Part shown: piece by piece, positions 29,901 through 42,140 of the stretch
Layout of the letters: each line of letters begins with the position of its first letter
How positions within the stretch are numbered: the first letter of the stretch is position 1
Assembly (NCBI RefSeq): GCF_963676685.1
Contig: NC_092346.1
Span: 88,784,001-88,848,000, forward strand
Reading direction: 5' to 3'
Length of the DNA: 64,000 nucleotides
DNA from: Mytilus edulis
Taxonomy: Eukaryota
Program-made: the position numbers and the translations under genes
Notes under the pieces: model-generated
What the model was told of the DNA's origin: nothing
Database searches by the model: none
What the model saw: the letters and a program-made list of their open reading frames with translations, nothing else

Positions 29901-32353
29901 GAATTTTGGGATCTTTTTCCAATAGATGGCAATATTAGTAATCAATTTCAATATATAACCCTGCCGTGTGACCGCAGTCAGGCACACAGGAAAATTAGTG
30001 CTGTGAGTTTTTTTAATAAACTTTATCAACTCATTTTATTTTTCATAAATAAACTTTGTATGGTAAATTTGAACTTAGTTCTACGATTGCCATCTGTGCT
30101 GAAAAGGAAGTTTTTGTTGGTTATTAACAAGCCTGTGAGAAACTGTGGTTAGTAGTTTCTACATACCGTCCACCTGGTGTCAGAGGACTAATAGCACTGA
30201 AGTTTCTTTTAGACCTGAAATTATCTACTTGTATGAAGATAGTATCAAAACAGACAGTTTGTTCAATCAAAAGTTGTGTATATATATATATATATATGCA
30301 AAGTTTTAACATGAGACATTGGTGTCATTGCTTTTTTTTTATTTTATTAATTCAACCTTCTGCTCAATTTATATTTTACCAAAAATACTTGTACTGAATG
30401 GTTGATATATTTTTGTGAACATGTTGTTCATAGTATCTTTTTTATTTTTTCATTGGCCATAATTCTATGATTACATATGATACATCAAATGTTCAAGATT
30501 CCTCAGAATATTTGTATATGACAATACAAAAAAGTATACAGCAATAGAATTGAAGCATAAAAGCAACAATTCTAGTTAGGTTAGCTTTTTCAAAGAGCCA
30601 CTGTCAGATGAATTTAACTACTCTGGAAAAAAAAAACCATCTGAAATTTTAATAAATCTAGTCTAGATCTTCTTAGTATGGTCTATTTTAGCTTCATCAG
30701 CAAAATGATCAGTGATTAATTCTTATTGCTTCTATTCATATACAATAACTATAATATTTGGACTATTATTAAAGTCAATAGGCAGGATACATCACAAGGC
30801 GAGTTTTTGCAAAAATTGGAGAAAACCTGACATGCCTGAATTGGTGGCCAAGTTCACATATATATCTCAAGGCTGAAGCCCGTAATTTCTTGCTTGGAGA
30901 CATCTAGATTGCATGCAGCAATTACAATAATGAAATATCCAAATGAAATTCACAGATGCCAAATATTCTCAATTTGATTCTTATCTAAGCAACTTTCTTG
31001 TGTTATCACAAATATCAGTAGGAATTGAAGAATCTGGACCTTGGACCAAATAGCTAGAGGCAGGCCATAAAATCAATGCAGATCAGTCTCTCATTTCATC
31101 TGTTTATACATGTAAACATAAGTTGGATTCCAAACCATTTTAACATTAGTATGGTTCTTGGGTTAATTCATTCATTGACATTATATCAAAAATTTCAAAA
31201 GCCCATTTTTACGAACTAATATCATGTGTTGACTAGAAAATATGATCCTTTAAAATAAGTGTTTATTTTTTTTAATTTTTATTACTATCTGCAGACAAAC
31301 ATAAAAATCAAAATTATTGATTTATCATCAATATCATTTGAATCCCTTTTTTATGTTATTCTTTTATTTTACTATCTGCAGGGTTTTTTCAGGGTACTAC
31401 TGCAAAAAAGTCCCATGGCAGGTTTGGGAGTTTTTACAAGATTTTCAATTAAATTGGGAATTTTAACCCAAAAAATTAGAGATGTGAGTTTTAATGTGTA
31501 TATAGTTCACTAGAAATTATATTTCTTAAATTTTTTCTGAAAATAAGTGTTTGCTATTGTGGGTATTCATTTTAAGTATGATAATCAAGAAAATTCAATC
31601 TGATGGTCGTAAACTTTGGTATAAAGGTTACCGGGAGAAATTCCAAAGTTAAGGTCTCAATAAGAACATTGGTAACTTTAATTTTAAATGTGCCAGCTCT
31701 AGTCCAATTTAGACATTTCATGTTACAAATTCCTCGAGTCAATCATGCATGAAAAAAATGTACAATGTTCAAGTGCTACATACATGTACATGTATATAAA
31801 ACTGTTACCAATATCCATACACTGATAAGCATATATTTACAAGTTCTTGTTTCATTCTATAGCAGCTTCATTGATAAAGCATTAAATGGACACTCATGAA
31901 AAGCTCACAACAGAAAATATTTCGTATCAAAAATTTAAAATGAACCATTCTTAGGTAATTGCACAGAGATGCCATCTTTCCCCAAAAATGAATAGTTACA
32001 TGTACCATTTAGACACGGTTTTCAAATTATAGAAGTTATTTGAAACCTTCATCATTTTTCATGGAAAAATATAATCTGATATCAACATCGGCTCATTTAA
32101 AATTCAATTCCTGTATAAGAACAATATTGTTTGCAATTGCAATGCTATTTAATTCATATAATATCCCAATCCCATTGAAATGCCATTTCATATACATTGT
32201 AACTGCCTCACAATTCAACTTCAAACATTGTTAAATCCATCATATAATGAATGTCAGCGCTGGAAAACAGTTGCTCTTTAATTTATATATACATGTATGG
32301 TCCTTGCAAAATGTTTTGATAATTTGCAGATCACAATACATTTTTTTGTAACA

Positions 32354-33371
32354 AACAAGAATGTGTCCATAGAACACGGATGCCCCACTCACACTATCAT
32401 TTTACATGTTCAGTGGACCGTGAAATTGGGGTCAATACTTTAATTTGGCATTACAATTAGAAAGATCATATCATATCATAGGGAACATGTGTACTAAGTT
32501 TCAAGTTGATTGGACTTCAACATCATCAAAAACTACATGTACCTTGATCAAAAACTTTAACCAAAACTTTAACCTGAGCTTCGCACCATCTTTTTCTTTG
32601 TTTAGTGGACCGTGAAATTGGGGTCAACTGTAATTATTTTGTCTACCGAAGATGGATTGGCAATAAACGCGTCACGTCTCTTTATATATCTCGCTTCCGA
32701 TTGGTCAATTTTATGGGAAAGTCTAAATGATTCTTGGAGTTATCTGATCTTGTTTCATTTCATATGTTAAGTCAAGAGTAAGTCTGAATGATATTGACAT
32801 CATGGGAAAATTTGTAACTTATTAGACATACCACAAATAACACTTGTCAGATTTTTTTCACCGTATCTTATACAATTTTACTAACTGGATGATAATTTCT
32901 ATTCATACAAAAACTAACAGTTTTTTCTGAAACTATTTTATAATTAATCATTTACTGCAAGAAGGTTATTGCCAATTCTGTTTCGGTAGACGAAATAATT
33001 ACGATTGACTACTTGGGTAGGATTGCTAGGGATGATTCCGACAACAAAAGTAGGCATGTTATACACCATTGTGAAGATAAATCAATTTAGATTTACGACA
33101 TAACAAGTTTAAGTGGGGTTGACAGCCGAGAAATCGGCATATAACGGAATTTCGTCATTGCCTGACATTTTTCTAAATCGCGAGTTAAGTTCCTTGTGTT
33201 ATATAAAGGTATATATGTAGGAAAAAAAATTCTGAGATGAGTGCCTGTGTTGATAGGACTTCAACTTCATCAAAAACTACCTTGACCAAAAACTTTAACC
33301 TGAAGCTGGACGAACGGACGCACAGACCAGAAAACATAATTCCCCTCTACTATCTTAGGTGGGGCATAAAA
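32354..33371 (-). mobile_element. HINE family D, interrupted by a TIR element
   Basis: 5' TTTTTATGCCCCACC...GAGGGG, (GTCC/GTTC)-like microsatellite, 3' GTGGGGCATCCGTGTTCTATGGACACATTCTTGTT. A degenerate second copy lies at about 21896-22165. Confidence 0.7.
32623..33009. mobile_element. MITE with imperfect TIRs of about 43 bp inside HINE family D
   Basis: gtcaactgtaattattttgtctaccgaagatggattggcaataa versus the reverse complement of ttattgccaattctgtttcggtagacgaaataattacgattgac. No clear TSD. Confidence 0.6.
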
Positions 33372-33920
33372 ATAATTAAAAGGACATAAGAGCTACAATG
33401 TAGGTGACCATGGTTAATGTTCAACAGAACAACAAATGTTATGATGTTCATTTCCTCACTGATCTGGCCACCACACTAAACCATATGACCAAGAATAAAA
33501 ACAAAATACATTTTATAAAATATCATGTTAGTCTACTCCTTATTTAAAATAATAAATTAAAGAGAAGAAAATCTGGTCAGTTAGCACAGAACAGGTTGGA
33601 GAATGTTCTGAAAACAAGTTTGTAAGTTTTCTACAATACAATACAATACAATACAATACATGATTGAATAATACGACTAAAGTGCATGAGGCTTTTCCCC
33701 CCTTGTCTGGCCTACAAGAGATGAAAAAAGACTAGGCCTGGTATATTTTGACTAGCCAAAGGACTACTAACATTTTTGTACTATATATAGCTGTACATGT
33801 ATATATATACATTACATGTAGCTACAATGAACATGTACAAATTGTATATATATATGTATATATAATTTCTAACCCTGATTTTTTATATATATATATGAAC
33901 ATGTATACATATTTATATAC

Positions 33921-35167
33921 CTGTCTTCTTCCTGTGGACTTGGAATCATTCCAACAACTTCAGCGACAGACTGTGGCGTCAGAATTGCCCCTTGCTGTAT
34001 ATCAATATTCATGGAATTCTGTGGCATGTTATGAGCACCGCTGGTCTTTGATAAATTAGAATTAAGTTCTGTATTGTCTATATTTTGTATCACATTATCA
34101 CTACTAACATGTTGTTCTTTATTGTACTGTAAATTGTTATCTACATTTGACCCAGCTACATTCTGCATTGTACTAGGTATCTGACCAGTATACATGAAAG
34201 TCGTATCACCTGTTTGCATAGAATTTTGACCAGGGGTATGAGAACTGTTCACATTTGGGATAGCTTGAGAATGTCCTGTTCCATTCTGAAAATTAGTTGA
34301 ACCTGGATGTGTGTATACCTGTTGAGCAAGATTACTCGGTATACTAGACTTAGGAGTTTGTTCTTTTTGTAGTTGACTATTAGGTTGAGTCTGACGAATT
34401 GTTGAAGAATTATCAAGGTGAAAATTTTCCCTACTTTCACCTTGAATCACAGTCACAGATTTGGCAGGATTTTTAGATGGGTCTTCTCCTGAACTTACAT
34501 TATGTGATGTATAAGAAGTGTTTGATACCCCAACATTAGAGTCTACAATATTAATTTTAGTGTCACTTTTGTCTACAGCTGGAACATCTAAAGTATCTTG
34601 ACATCTCCAACGTCCACGTTTAAATGGTTCTCTTGTTTCTATCTTAACTACTTTAAATCGGGTTGGATGTGGACCTTGCGGCTCTGTCTTCTCCTTTTCC
34701 TTCTCTTTCACGTTTATTTCTTTTACATTGCTAGTGCTATTCATTTGTTCAGTTTTAATGTTAACTTCTTTATTAGTATTACTAATGGCAGTAATGCCAG
34801 AGTTTATAGCATGATCAGAAGTTTCCTCCTCCATGGGCGATGCAGGCTCACCGCCATCAGTATGTTTAGAAATATCTAATATTTCTGAACTGGCATCTTC
34901 AGTGTGACTCTCTACAGTTTCATCTAAGTCATCCATCGAATCATGTTCAATGTCATGATCAGCATCATTTGACATGTCTGCTGACCCATGGTAACTTTTA
35001 GTAACACTTGTTATTTTGAAAGTACTTTTCTTTTTATAATTGCCGTCATTGGTAGATTTACCTTGAAGCTTCATGTCTGCATCTTCTCTAGAGTCAGACC
35101 CATGAATAGGAATAGATTGGTTGTCAGTTACTGCCATCTTGTCGGAGTTAGCTGCCATATTCATCAC
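33921..35167 (-). CDS. TSC22D: First coding exon of the long isoform of a TSC22-domain family gene (bunched A / TSC22D1-2-4-like)
   Basis: The 432-aa ORF holds the two N-terminal motifs of long TSC22 isoforms: KKKSTFKITSV and RFKVVKIETREPFKRGRWRCQD, followed by S/N/Q-rich low-complexity sequence. The frame runs into intron-like AT-rich sequence after EEDR, at donor GAC AG|GTATAT (GT at 33920-33919, phase 2). No TSC box was found in the window. Confidence 0.9.
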
Positions 35168-35382
35168 TTCAACAACAGATAACTTTGCTTTTTAACGCCC
35201 ATGTGAAGCTTGTCTGTGAGAGACAATACGCTAAATATTGATCTCCCATCTTTTGTTGGTAAGTTTAATTCATAAATTTGAGGACATGGCTCTATTTGAC
35301 TCGTATTCGTTTTAAAACAAGTTCAGCTTACATGAAATTTACTGTACAGGACTGACGGCGGACATTACAGCTACGAATGATG

Positions 35383-35435
35383 GGAAGTGACGTCAGGAAA
35401 TCAGTCTGACCTACCACTTGACCGACTTTTTTATA
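35383..35435 (-). promoter_or_regulatory. Candidate promoter elements of the TSC22 long isoform: overlapping ETS-CRE motif and TATA-like box
   Basis: GGAAGTGACGTCA at 35383-35395 (full CRE palindrome 35388-35395). TATAAAAAA on the minus strand at 35435-35427. Both lie about 220-270 nt upstream of the ATG. Confidence 0.5.
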
Positions 35436-35842
35436 GTGCTAAGGTCATTTTTATTTTAAAACATTGGCTTTTATGAAGGAAAAATTCGTCTTCTGTATGT
35501 TGTGCTTATTGTTAATAAATTAAACGCCATGCATAAAACCCACTCTGTCTTTCGTGTGAATGAACCAAAACAGGAGAGAAGTACAAGTGTTAGCTAATTT
35601 AAAAAGCTTGTCTGACTTTAATGAGTCTTTAATAGAAGTTCAACCTGGGCTCAATCTGGGACATAAACTATTGAAATTATACTATTATCAGGATCAATTC
35701 AAAGATTTGCATTGTTGATCATTGTTCAAAAACATGTATTTATAACAAATGGATCGGATAGATACAGCATGTGATATTCATAAATGAACAGAATACCAAA
35801 GTGCGACAGATAATTAAATCTCCATCACTTTATTTAAATTAT

Positions 35843-36097
35843 ACAATACAAATACAAATACAAATATATTACAATACAATACTATACAAAACAATACAAT
35901 ACAGTACAGTACAATACAATATAATACAATACAATACAATACAAAATACACTTGAATATAATACAATACAATACAATACAATATAATATGATGCAAAATA
36001 CAATGCAATACAAATACAATACAATACAAAATACATTACAATACAAAATACAAGACAAGACAAAACAATACAAAATACAATACAATACAATACAATA
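35843..36097. repeat. (AATAC)n microsatellite
   Basis: Imperfect pentanucleotide array. The same motif occurs at 36749-36826 and 33634-33660. Confidence 0.95.
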
Positions 36098-36101
36098 CTA
36101 T

Positions 36102-36507
36102 AGTGTTATCAACTGGCTGTTTCTGTGTTGGTACTGGTATAGATTCAAGGTTTGCTGTATTGGCTAAGGGGCCCATAGAGTGGAGGGCCAATACAGTTGA
36201 CCGAGAATCTTTACCAGTGCCAATACAGAAACAGCTAGTTCATAACACTTTCCTTAAATAATGTAACTTTTTCAATACAGACTTGCTCTGAATGCTGTAT
36301 TACATACATCAAATGAGAATATAGGGCCACTTTTTCCAATACTGACTGGCAATGATGTGAATATAGGGCCAATATTTCCAATACGGACCGGCAATGAATC
36401 CTGAATTACATGCACGATATATGTTTACATGTAATTCAGGATTCATTGCCAGTCCGTTTTGGAAATATTGGTCCTATATTCACATCATTGCCAGTCAGTA
36501 TTGGAAA
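36102..36507. repeat. Two adjacent long palindromes (36102-36250 and 36333-36507)
   Basis: Arms of about 60 and 80 bp are reverse complements with few mismatches. Confidence 0.8.
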
Positions 36508-36581
36508 TATTTGACCATTATAAGATTTATATGACCAGGACGATGTCATCAGTATGACACATGCCGTTTTGGTAGTATAAG

Positions 36582-36745
36582 ANNNNNNNNNNNNNNNNNN
36601 NNNNNNNNNNNNNNNNNNNNNNNNNNNNNNNNNNNNNNNNNNNNNNNNNNNNNNNNNNNNNNNNNNNNNNNNNNNNNNNNNNNNNNNNNNNNNNNNNNNN
36701 NNNNNNNNNNNNNNNNNNNNNNNNNNNNNNNNNNNNNNNNNNNNN
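36582..36745. other. Assembly gap
   Basis: Run of N. Confidence 1.
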
Positions 36746-37507
36746 CTATACAATACAATACAAAATACAATGCAATACAAAATACAATACAATACAAAAT
36801 ACAATACAATACAATACGATACAATACTATAGCCCATTGGCGTGTGGGGCAGCAACGAAGTTTCTCCACATCTGCCTGTTTTGTGCCGTCTTCTTCAAGT
36901 TCCCCCAAGTATGTTGGAAATTTGCCATCTCAGACTCAACTGTGCGCCGCAATGTTAATTTAGGTCGTCCTCTGCGTCTCTTTCCCTCTGGGGTTCAGAA
37001 CTTTGCTGTTTTTGTAAGTTCTTCAGGGCTCTTACGTAGAACATGACCAATCCATCTTCATCTTCTCCTGCTAATAATTATGCTGATCTCTTCCTGTTTG
37101 CATTTATTGAGGAGGTCTGATCCTGGTTGGTGATTTTTTTGTGGCTAAAATATCCTCAGGATTCTCCTCAGACTCTTGGTATGGAATGTAGAGAGTTTCT
37201 ATTGGTCTGCCTCTGTCATTCGCCAACATTTAGAACCATACAACAGGATAGGTAGTATACAACTGTTGTATAGTTTTAGCTTTGTCCGGATGGTGTATTG
37301 ACCGGATTTCCATACGGGCTGCAGGTTATTAAAAGCAGCTGTGGCTTTTGACAGTCTTTGTTTGATGTCAGTGTTGGCTCCACCATCTGATCTTACAGTA
37401 CGTCCTAGGTAAGTGAATGTATCGGTCTGTGGTAATGGTTTCCTGTTTATTATAATTGGTGCTGGTTGATAGTGTTTAAACTCATTACTTCAGTTTTCTT
37501 AGTGTTT
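36746..37507 (-). mobile_element. RTE-clade LINE, 3' portion with (TATTG)n tail, inverted relative to the 5' portion
   Basis: The minus strand reads NTKKTEVM...FTYLG...TPEGKRRRGRPKLTLRRTVESE...WRNFVAAPHANGL*, then a TATTG microsatellite tail. Confidence 0.9.
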
Positions 37508-37508
37508 T

Positions 37509-40218
37509 AGTGGTGTTACACCATAGGGTAATGAAATGCATCTAATGAGGCGGGTATCGACCATTAGATATACCGCTGCCGCTGGCTAGCCTACTGGGGT
37601 CCAGTATTCCAGGCTAAATTGCAAGTGATCTCGGAGCAGGAATGGCCCTAGAGATGCAGAGTGCAGGCCCACCGGCGAGTGGATACGCCCTGGCTCTCAT
37701 CAACCTTGCCCCAGCTATGGGATAATAGCCCCACTGCCTTGTGGGTGACTTTGGAAAGTCAAAGGTTATGAAAGTAAATACAGAAAGAAAATCCGGGTAG
37801 ATGGAACTCGTAAGCTCATGCAGTCGTCTAAGGGATGGAACTCTTAAGCTCATGCAGTCGTCTAAGGGATGGAACTCTTAAGCTCATGCAGTCGTCTAAG
37901 GGATGGAAAACCCCTACAGAATAACCCGACCCTTCAGGTAGAAGGTTTTGCTTAGAGTTAATGACCCTAACAAGTAAAAGAACTCATGTTACAGAAACAG
38001 CAACGAAGAATATAACTACAGCTGTGGAAGAGAGTCTCCAACGCACCAATAGGGGAGCAAGGATGAATGTAGGTAGTGACAGCCGAAAGGAAACTACAAA
38101 CAGGAGAACGGAGACCCTTAACATGGCATAAACTAAAACCAGAATTGGTTTTTGGAGCGTCATAACAGTGTATGTAGCAGGAAAATTGGCTCAAATAACC
38201 TCAGAAATGCAGCGGTACAAATTAAATATCTTAGGCGTTAGTGAAAGTAGATGGACAGGCAGATGACAACTACTTCAGGAGCTACTGAAGCATACTCTGG
38301 GCGAGATGATAACCAACATCATGAAGGAGTGACAATAGTTATCAAAAAGGGTATAGAAAGAACACTGTTAGAATGGAAACCTATAAGCAATCGAATTATT
38401 ATGGCAAGATTCAAAGGAAAACAGATAAACATCACTTTATTTCAATGTTATGCTCCTACGAATGAAGCTGACAAAGAGAACAAAGATGCAATTTACGAAC
38501 AATAACAGCATGAAATTGATAAAACACCAAACCATGACATGAAGATCATCATGAGAGACATGAATGCAAAAGTGGGGTTGGACAACATTGGATACAAAAG
38601 AGTTATGGGAACGCATGGTTGTTGTAAGATAAATGAGAATGGGGAACGACTTGTCGATTTCTGCTCAACAAACAATTTAGTAGCAGGAGGTTCCATTTTT
38701 CCACACAAAGACATCCACAAACTGACATGGTATTCCACAAACCTCAGGGATAAAAACCAGATTGATCATCTAATATTAAACAGCACATGAAAAAGATTAG
38801 ATGTGAAAGTTAAGAGAGGAGCCAATGTAGGATCTGACCACCAACTGATAACAGCTCTCATCCAACTGAAGCTCAGAGCAACTGGAAAGAAAGTTTCATC
38901 AAGGAAGCGTTTTGATATTGATAAACTGGAGGATATCAAGGTTAAAAGAGAATTTGCTTTAAAGTTACAGAACAGATACCAGGTATTGGAAAACTCAGTA
39001 AGAGATGAAAATGAAACATTAGAAACATTAGATGAGAAGTGGAATGAGATATCAGATATATACACTAAATGTAGCGAAGAAAAAAGATTGGATCACACCG
39101 GAAATATGGAACCAGATTAACATCAAAAGACAGACAAAAAAGAAGGTCATTAATACCAAATCACCAAGATTAAAGAACAAATACCAACAAGATTATAGTG
39201 GCAAACATCGCAATGTCAAAACCCTTGTTAGAGCTGATAAGAGAAGATATAAGGATAATTACGCAAATCAAGCAGAAGAAGCGGCTAATAGAAGAGAGCA
39301 GGGCAACCTCTACAAAATTACCAAAATTATCTGTCGAAAATTCAAGTCATCACCTAACATCCCAGTGAAAGACAAGCAGAGAAATTTACTAACATCAGAA
39401 ATTGAACAAGAAAAAAGATGGGCAGAACACTTCGGTGAAATTTTGAACCGATCATCTTCAAAAGAACTTCCTTCTATTCCAGAGCCTAGCATTGAACTGG
39501 AAATAAGTATTGAACCACCAACGATATCTGAAATTGTAGCAGCAATCAAGACTCTAAAGAACGGAAAAGCTCCTGGTTCAGATAATCTGAATGTAGAACT
39601 GTTCAAAACTGATCCCATCTTAGCGGCCAATACCCTCCAACCAATTTTCCATAAGATCTGGAAAGAAGATAAAGTACCAACAGAATAGGATAAAGGTACA
39701 TGTATTATCATCCGAATACCTCAAAAAGGGTGCATTAAATGACTCCAATAACTGAATCACTGAGAACTATCATTGAACAGTGCACAGAATGGCAGCGGCA
39801 ACTCTACATCAATTTCATCGACTTTGAAAAAGCATTTGATAGCATTCCTAGGGAAACCCTTTGGAAAATCGTACAATTTTATGGCATCCCACAACACCTG
39901 ATCCATTTAATCAAGGCTGTTTATGAAAATTTCAAATGTACAGTCGGAAGTGAACAACTTTACTTCCCAATTAAACTGGAGTAAGACAAGGATATGTTAT
40001 GTCATCTACACTATTTATAATAGCCGTTGACTGGGTGATGCGACAAACAACTGTAGACTTCCCTAGAGGTATAAGATGGGGAACTTTCACCATTCTTGAA
40101 GATTTGAACTTTGCTGACGATATTTCCATGCTGTCGCACACTCATCAACATATCCAGAAAAAGTCCAGTCGAATAGAAAAGTCGGCAGGACAGATAGGTC
40201 TCAAAATAAACACTAAGA
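37509..40218 (+). mobile_element. RTE-clade LINE, 5' portion (5'UTR, APE endonuclease, RT), pseudogenised
   Basis: Fragments ILGVSESRW, QCYAPTNEAD, DMNAKVG, NQIDH, GSDH, KNGKAPGSD, FIDFEKAFDS, LNFADDI and GLKINTK, with frameshifts, stops and an internal deletion near 39740. Confidence 0.92.
37800..37907 (+). repeat. Three 34-bp tandem copies in the RTE 5'UTR
   Basis: GATGGAACTCTTAAGCTCATGCAGTCGTCTAAGG x3, one mismatch. Confidence 0.9.
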
Positions 40219-40687
40219 TAACATAGGTTGAAGAGGGTTAGTAATTTTGGCAAAAGTAAGTGAAAAATTCAAAAGATCAGGAGTATATGAATAAAAGGTG
40301 CAGATACCAGAGAAAGCCTTAAAAGAGTTCGTTTACCACATAGAAAATAACACCAGCTGCTGAAATGAATGATCAGAACTTCCTTGAGATTTTGTGAGTG
40401 GCAAGAAAGGAGACAATCGAAAAATTGGGATCTAAAAGGGATAACATTAAGTTGATATTACACTGTATTTTTGTAAAAAATTAACCCTACGGGTAAAGAT
40501 AGCGTGGAAAATAAGGGGCACTCAGGATCACTCACTACTTAGTTTATAGGGCTGGGACAGAAGACGTATGCCTTTACATTAGGTAGGTGTGAGACGAAGA
40601 AAGGTAACGGTATGAAAGAGTGCACTTTTAAATCCGGACTTACATTCACAGACTGTTAAACATCATACCACATCTTCTTTTATATAC

Positions 40688-40838
40688 ATGAACAGAATAA
40701 GCTACCGAACCATGCATATGCTCAGAGGTCGAGGTCACAATATTTACACACTTGAGTGTCGAAAGAAAGCTCTTTCAGCTGATGATGACAAACGGAATAT
40801 TTCACCTAATGGGATCAACACTGACTCACGGGCATTAT
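40688..40838 (+). pseudogene. Polinton/Maverick protein-primed DNA polymerase B C-terminal relic
   Basis: MHMLRGRGHNIYTLECRKKALSADDDKRNISPNGINT-(frameshift)-HGHY matches the K..LS..DDKR...G..T..GHY ending of Maverick pPolB as recalled. Confidence 0.75.
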
Positions 40839-41756
40839 ACAATTATTTGAATTAATGAAATGTAAAAGTTTGTCTTGACTCGCAATGAAAAACCATACCT
40901 CCTTGCATTTGCAAACTATGAAATTAAAAAAAAAATACCTTATAGAGATATAACTTATAAATTATAATTATGACTATGAACTTACAACAGTTGTGTATAA
41001 GAAAGATTCTCGAGGCTGCGATTTCAAGTCACTATAATACTATAACTATAGGGATACTAACCACTTTCAACAGCATTCAATATTTAATCACTTCGGTACT
41101 GGCATGAACATACGGATTTTGTGTTATTAAATTTGCTGTTATCAAATTTTGGATTTTTTTTGAAATAAGGAATATTTCTCCATCATACAAAGGTCTGATT
41201 CCTTGCACGGCTTTGATTATACGCTTTGTCCTTTTTGATTTATAGCTCTTCGTTTTTTTAATAAGCTTTGAATTTTCAAATACTTGTAACCTCGAGCATC
41301 ATTGAAGAGACATTGATTGTCAAAATGCGCATCTGATTCTGAGAAATTACTGTTTATGACAAAAATGTTATAGATATAGACCACATAAAGGTGCGACAGT
41401 TTTACAAACACCCGAATATGTTTTGAGTGACACCAGAAGAAGCTAGCGTGTGGACCCATGATTTAATGGCGGTATATTGACATAACTATCCATACTACGA
41501 GACAGACACACCACGGCCAAAAATTTTGCTCATGTACTCCATAGACTTGAATACGCCGACGATTAGTTTCTAGAGTAAAAGTATATCCTGAAAAAACTTT
41601 ACACGAGATCCCTTTCTACCCTTCTTCAGGATGAGAGTAATCAAGAGTTAGTAATTACAATAATTGTTTTATTATAACCAGAAGATATATGTTCTCATAA
41701 GATGATAGCAACTCTGCAGTCGTTTTGTGAGAACATTAATTATTCAACTACATAAG

Positions 41757-42140
41757 ATTAATCTTCCCGACACACCCTTATACAATAGAGCTGGGTGGAG
41801 CTGGTGCCGCTCTTGAGATATCTAATTTCAGACGAGTGTATATACGAGACGAATAACTTTCCAAACCACATAGTGAGAAGTATGGTATTTTAACTTTAAA
41901 ACCACGACACCTCAATTGGTCCAGGTACACATTGGACGTGTTGGTTTCAGAATACCTTCACAAAGGTTTACTATGATGGACTCCCACCCTCAAAGGGAGA
42001 TATATGACTAATTATCAGAGGTCTGAGATCTACTGCAACACCGATGGACTATATACTGCAGCGAGGAACAGTGGTATGCGGACACGTTTGTTTATATGTG
42101 TTGAACTTGTTGTCGGAAGGTCAACCTTTTGATGAAGTGC
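41757..42140 (+). pseudogene. Polinton/Maverick adenain-like cysteine protease relic
   Basis: Frameshifted blocks LPDTPL, LEISNFRRVYIRDE, DTSIGPGTHWTCWF (His at 41930-41932), GLPP and QRGTVVCGHVCLYVL (Cys at 42077-42079). Confidence 0.8.

Noticed and set aside
33869-33920. C-terminal YINMYTCSYIYIKNQG of the 432-aa ORF
   Set aside because: Read-through into the intron past the GT donor.
35771-36167. Tyr/Cys/Ile/Val-rich ORFs
   Set aside because: Translations of the (AATAC)n microsatellite.
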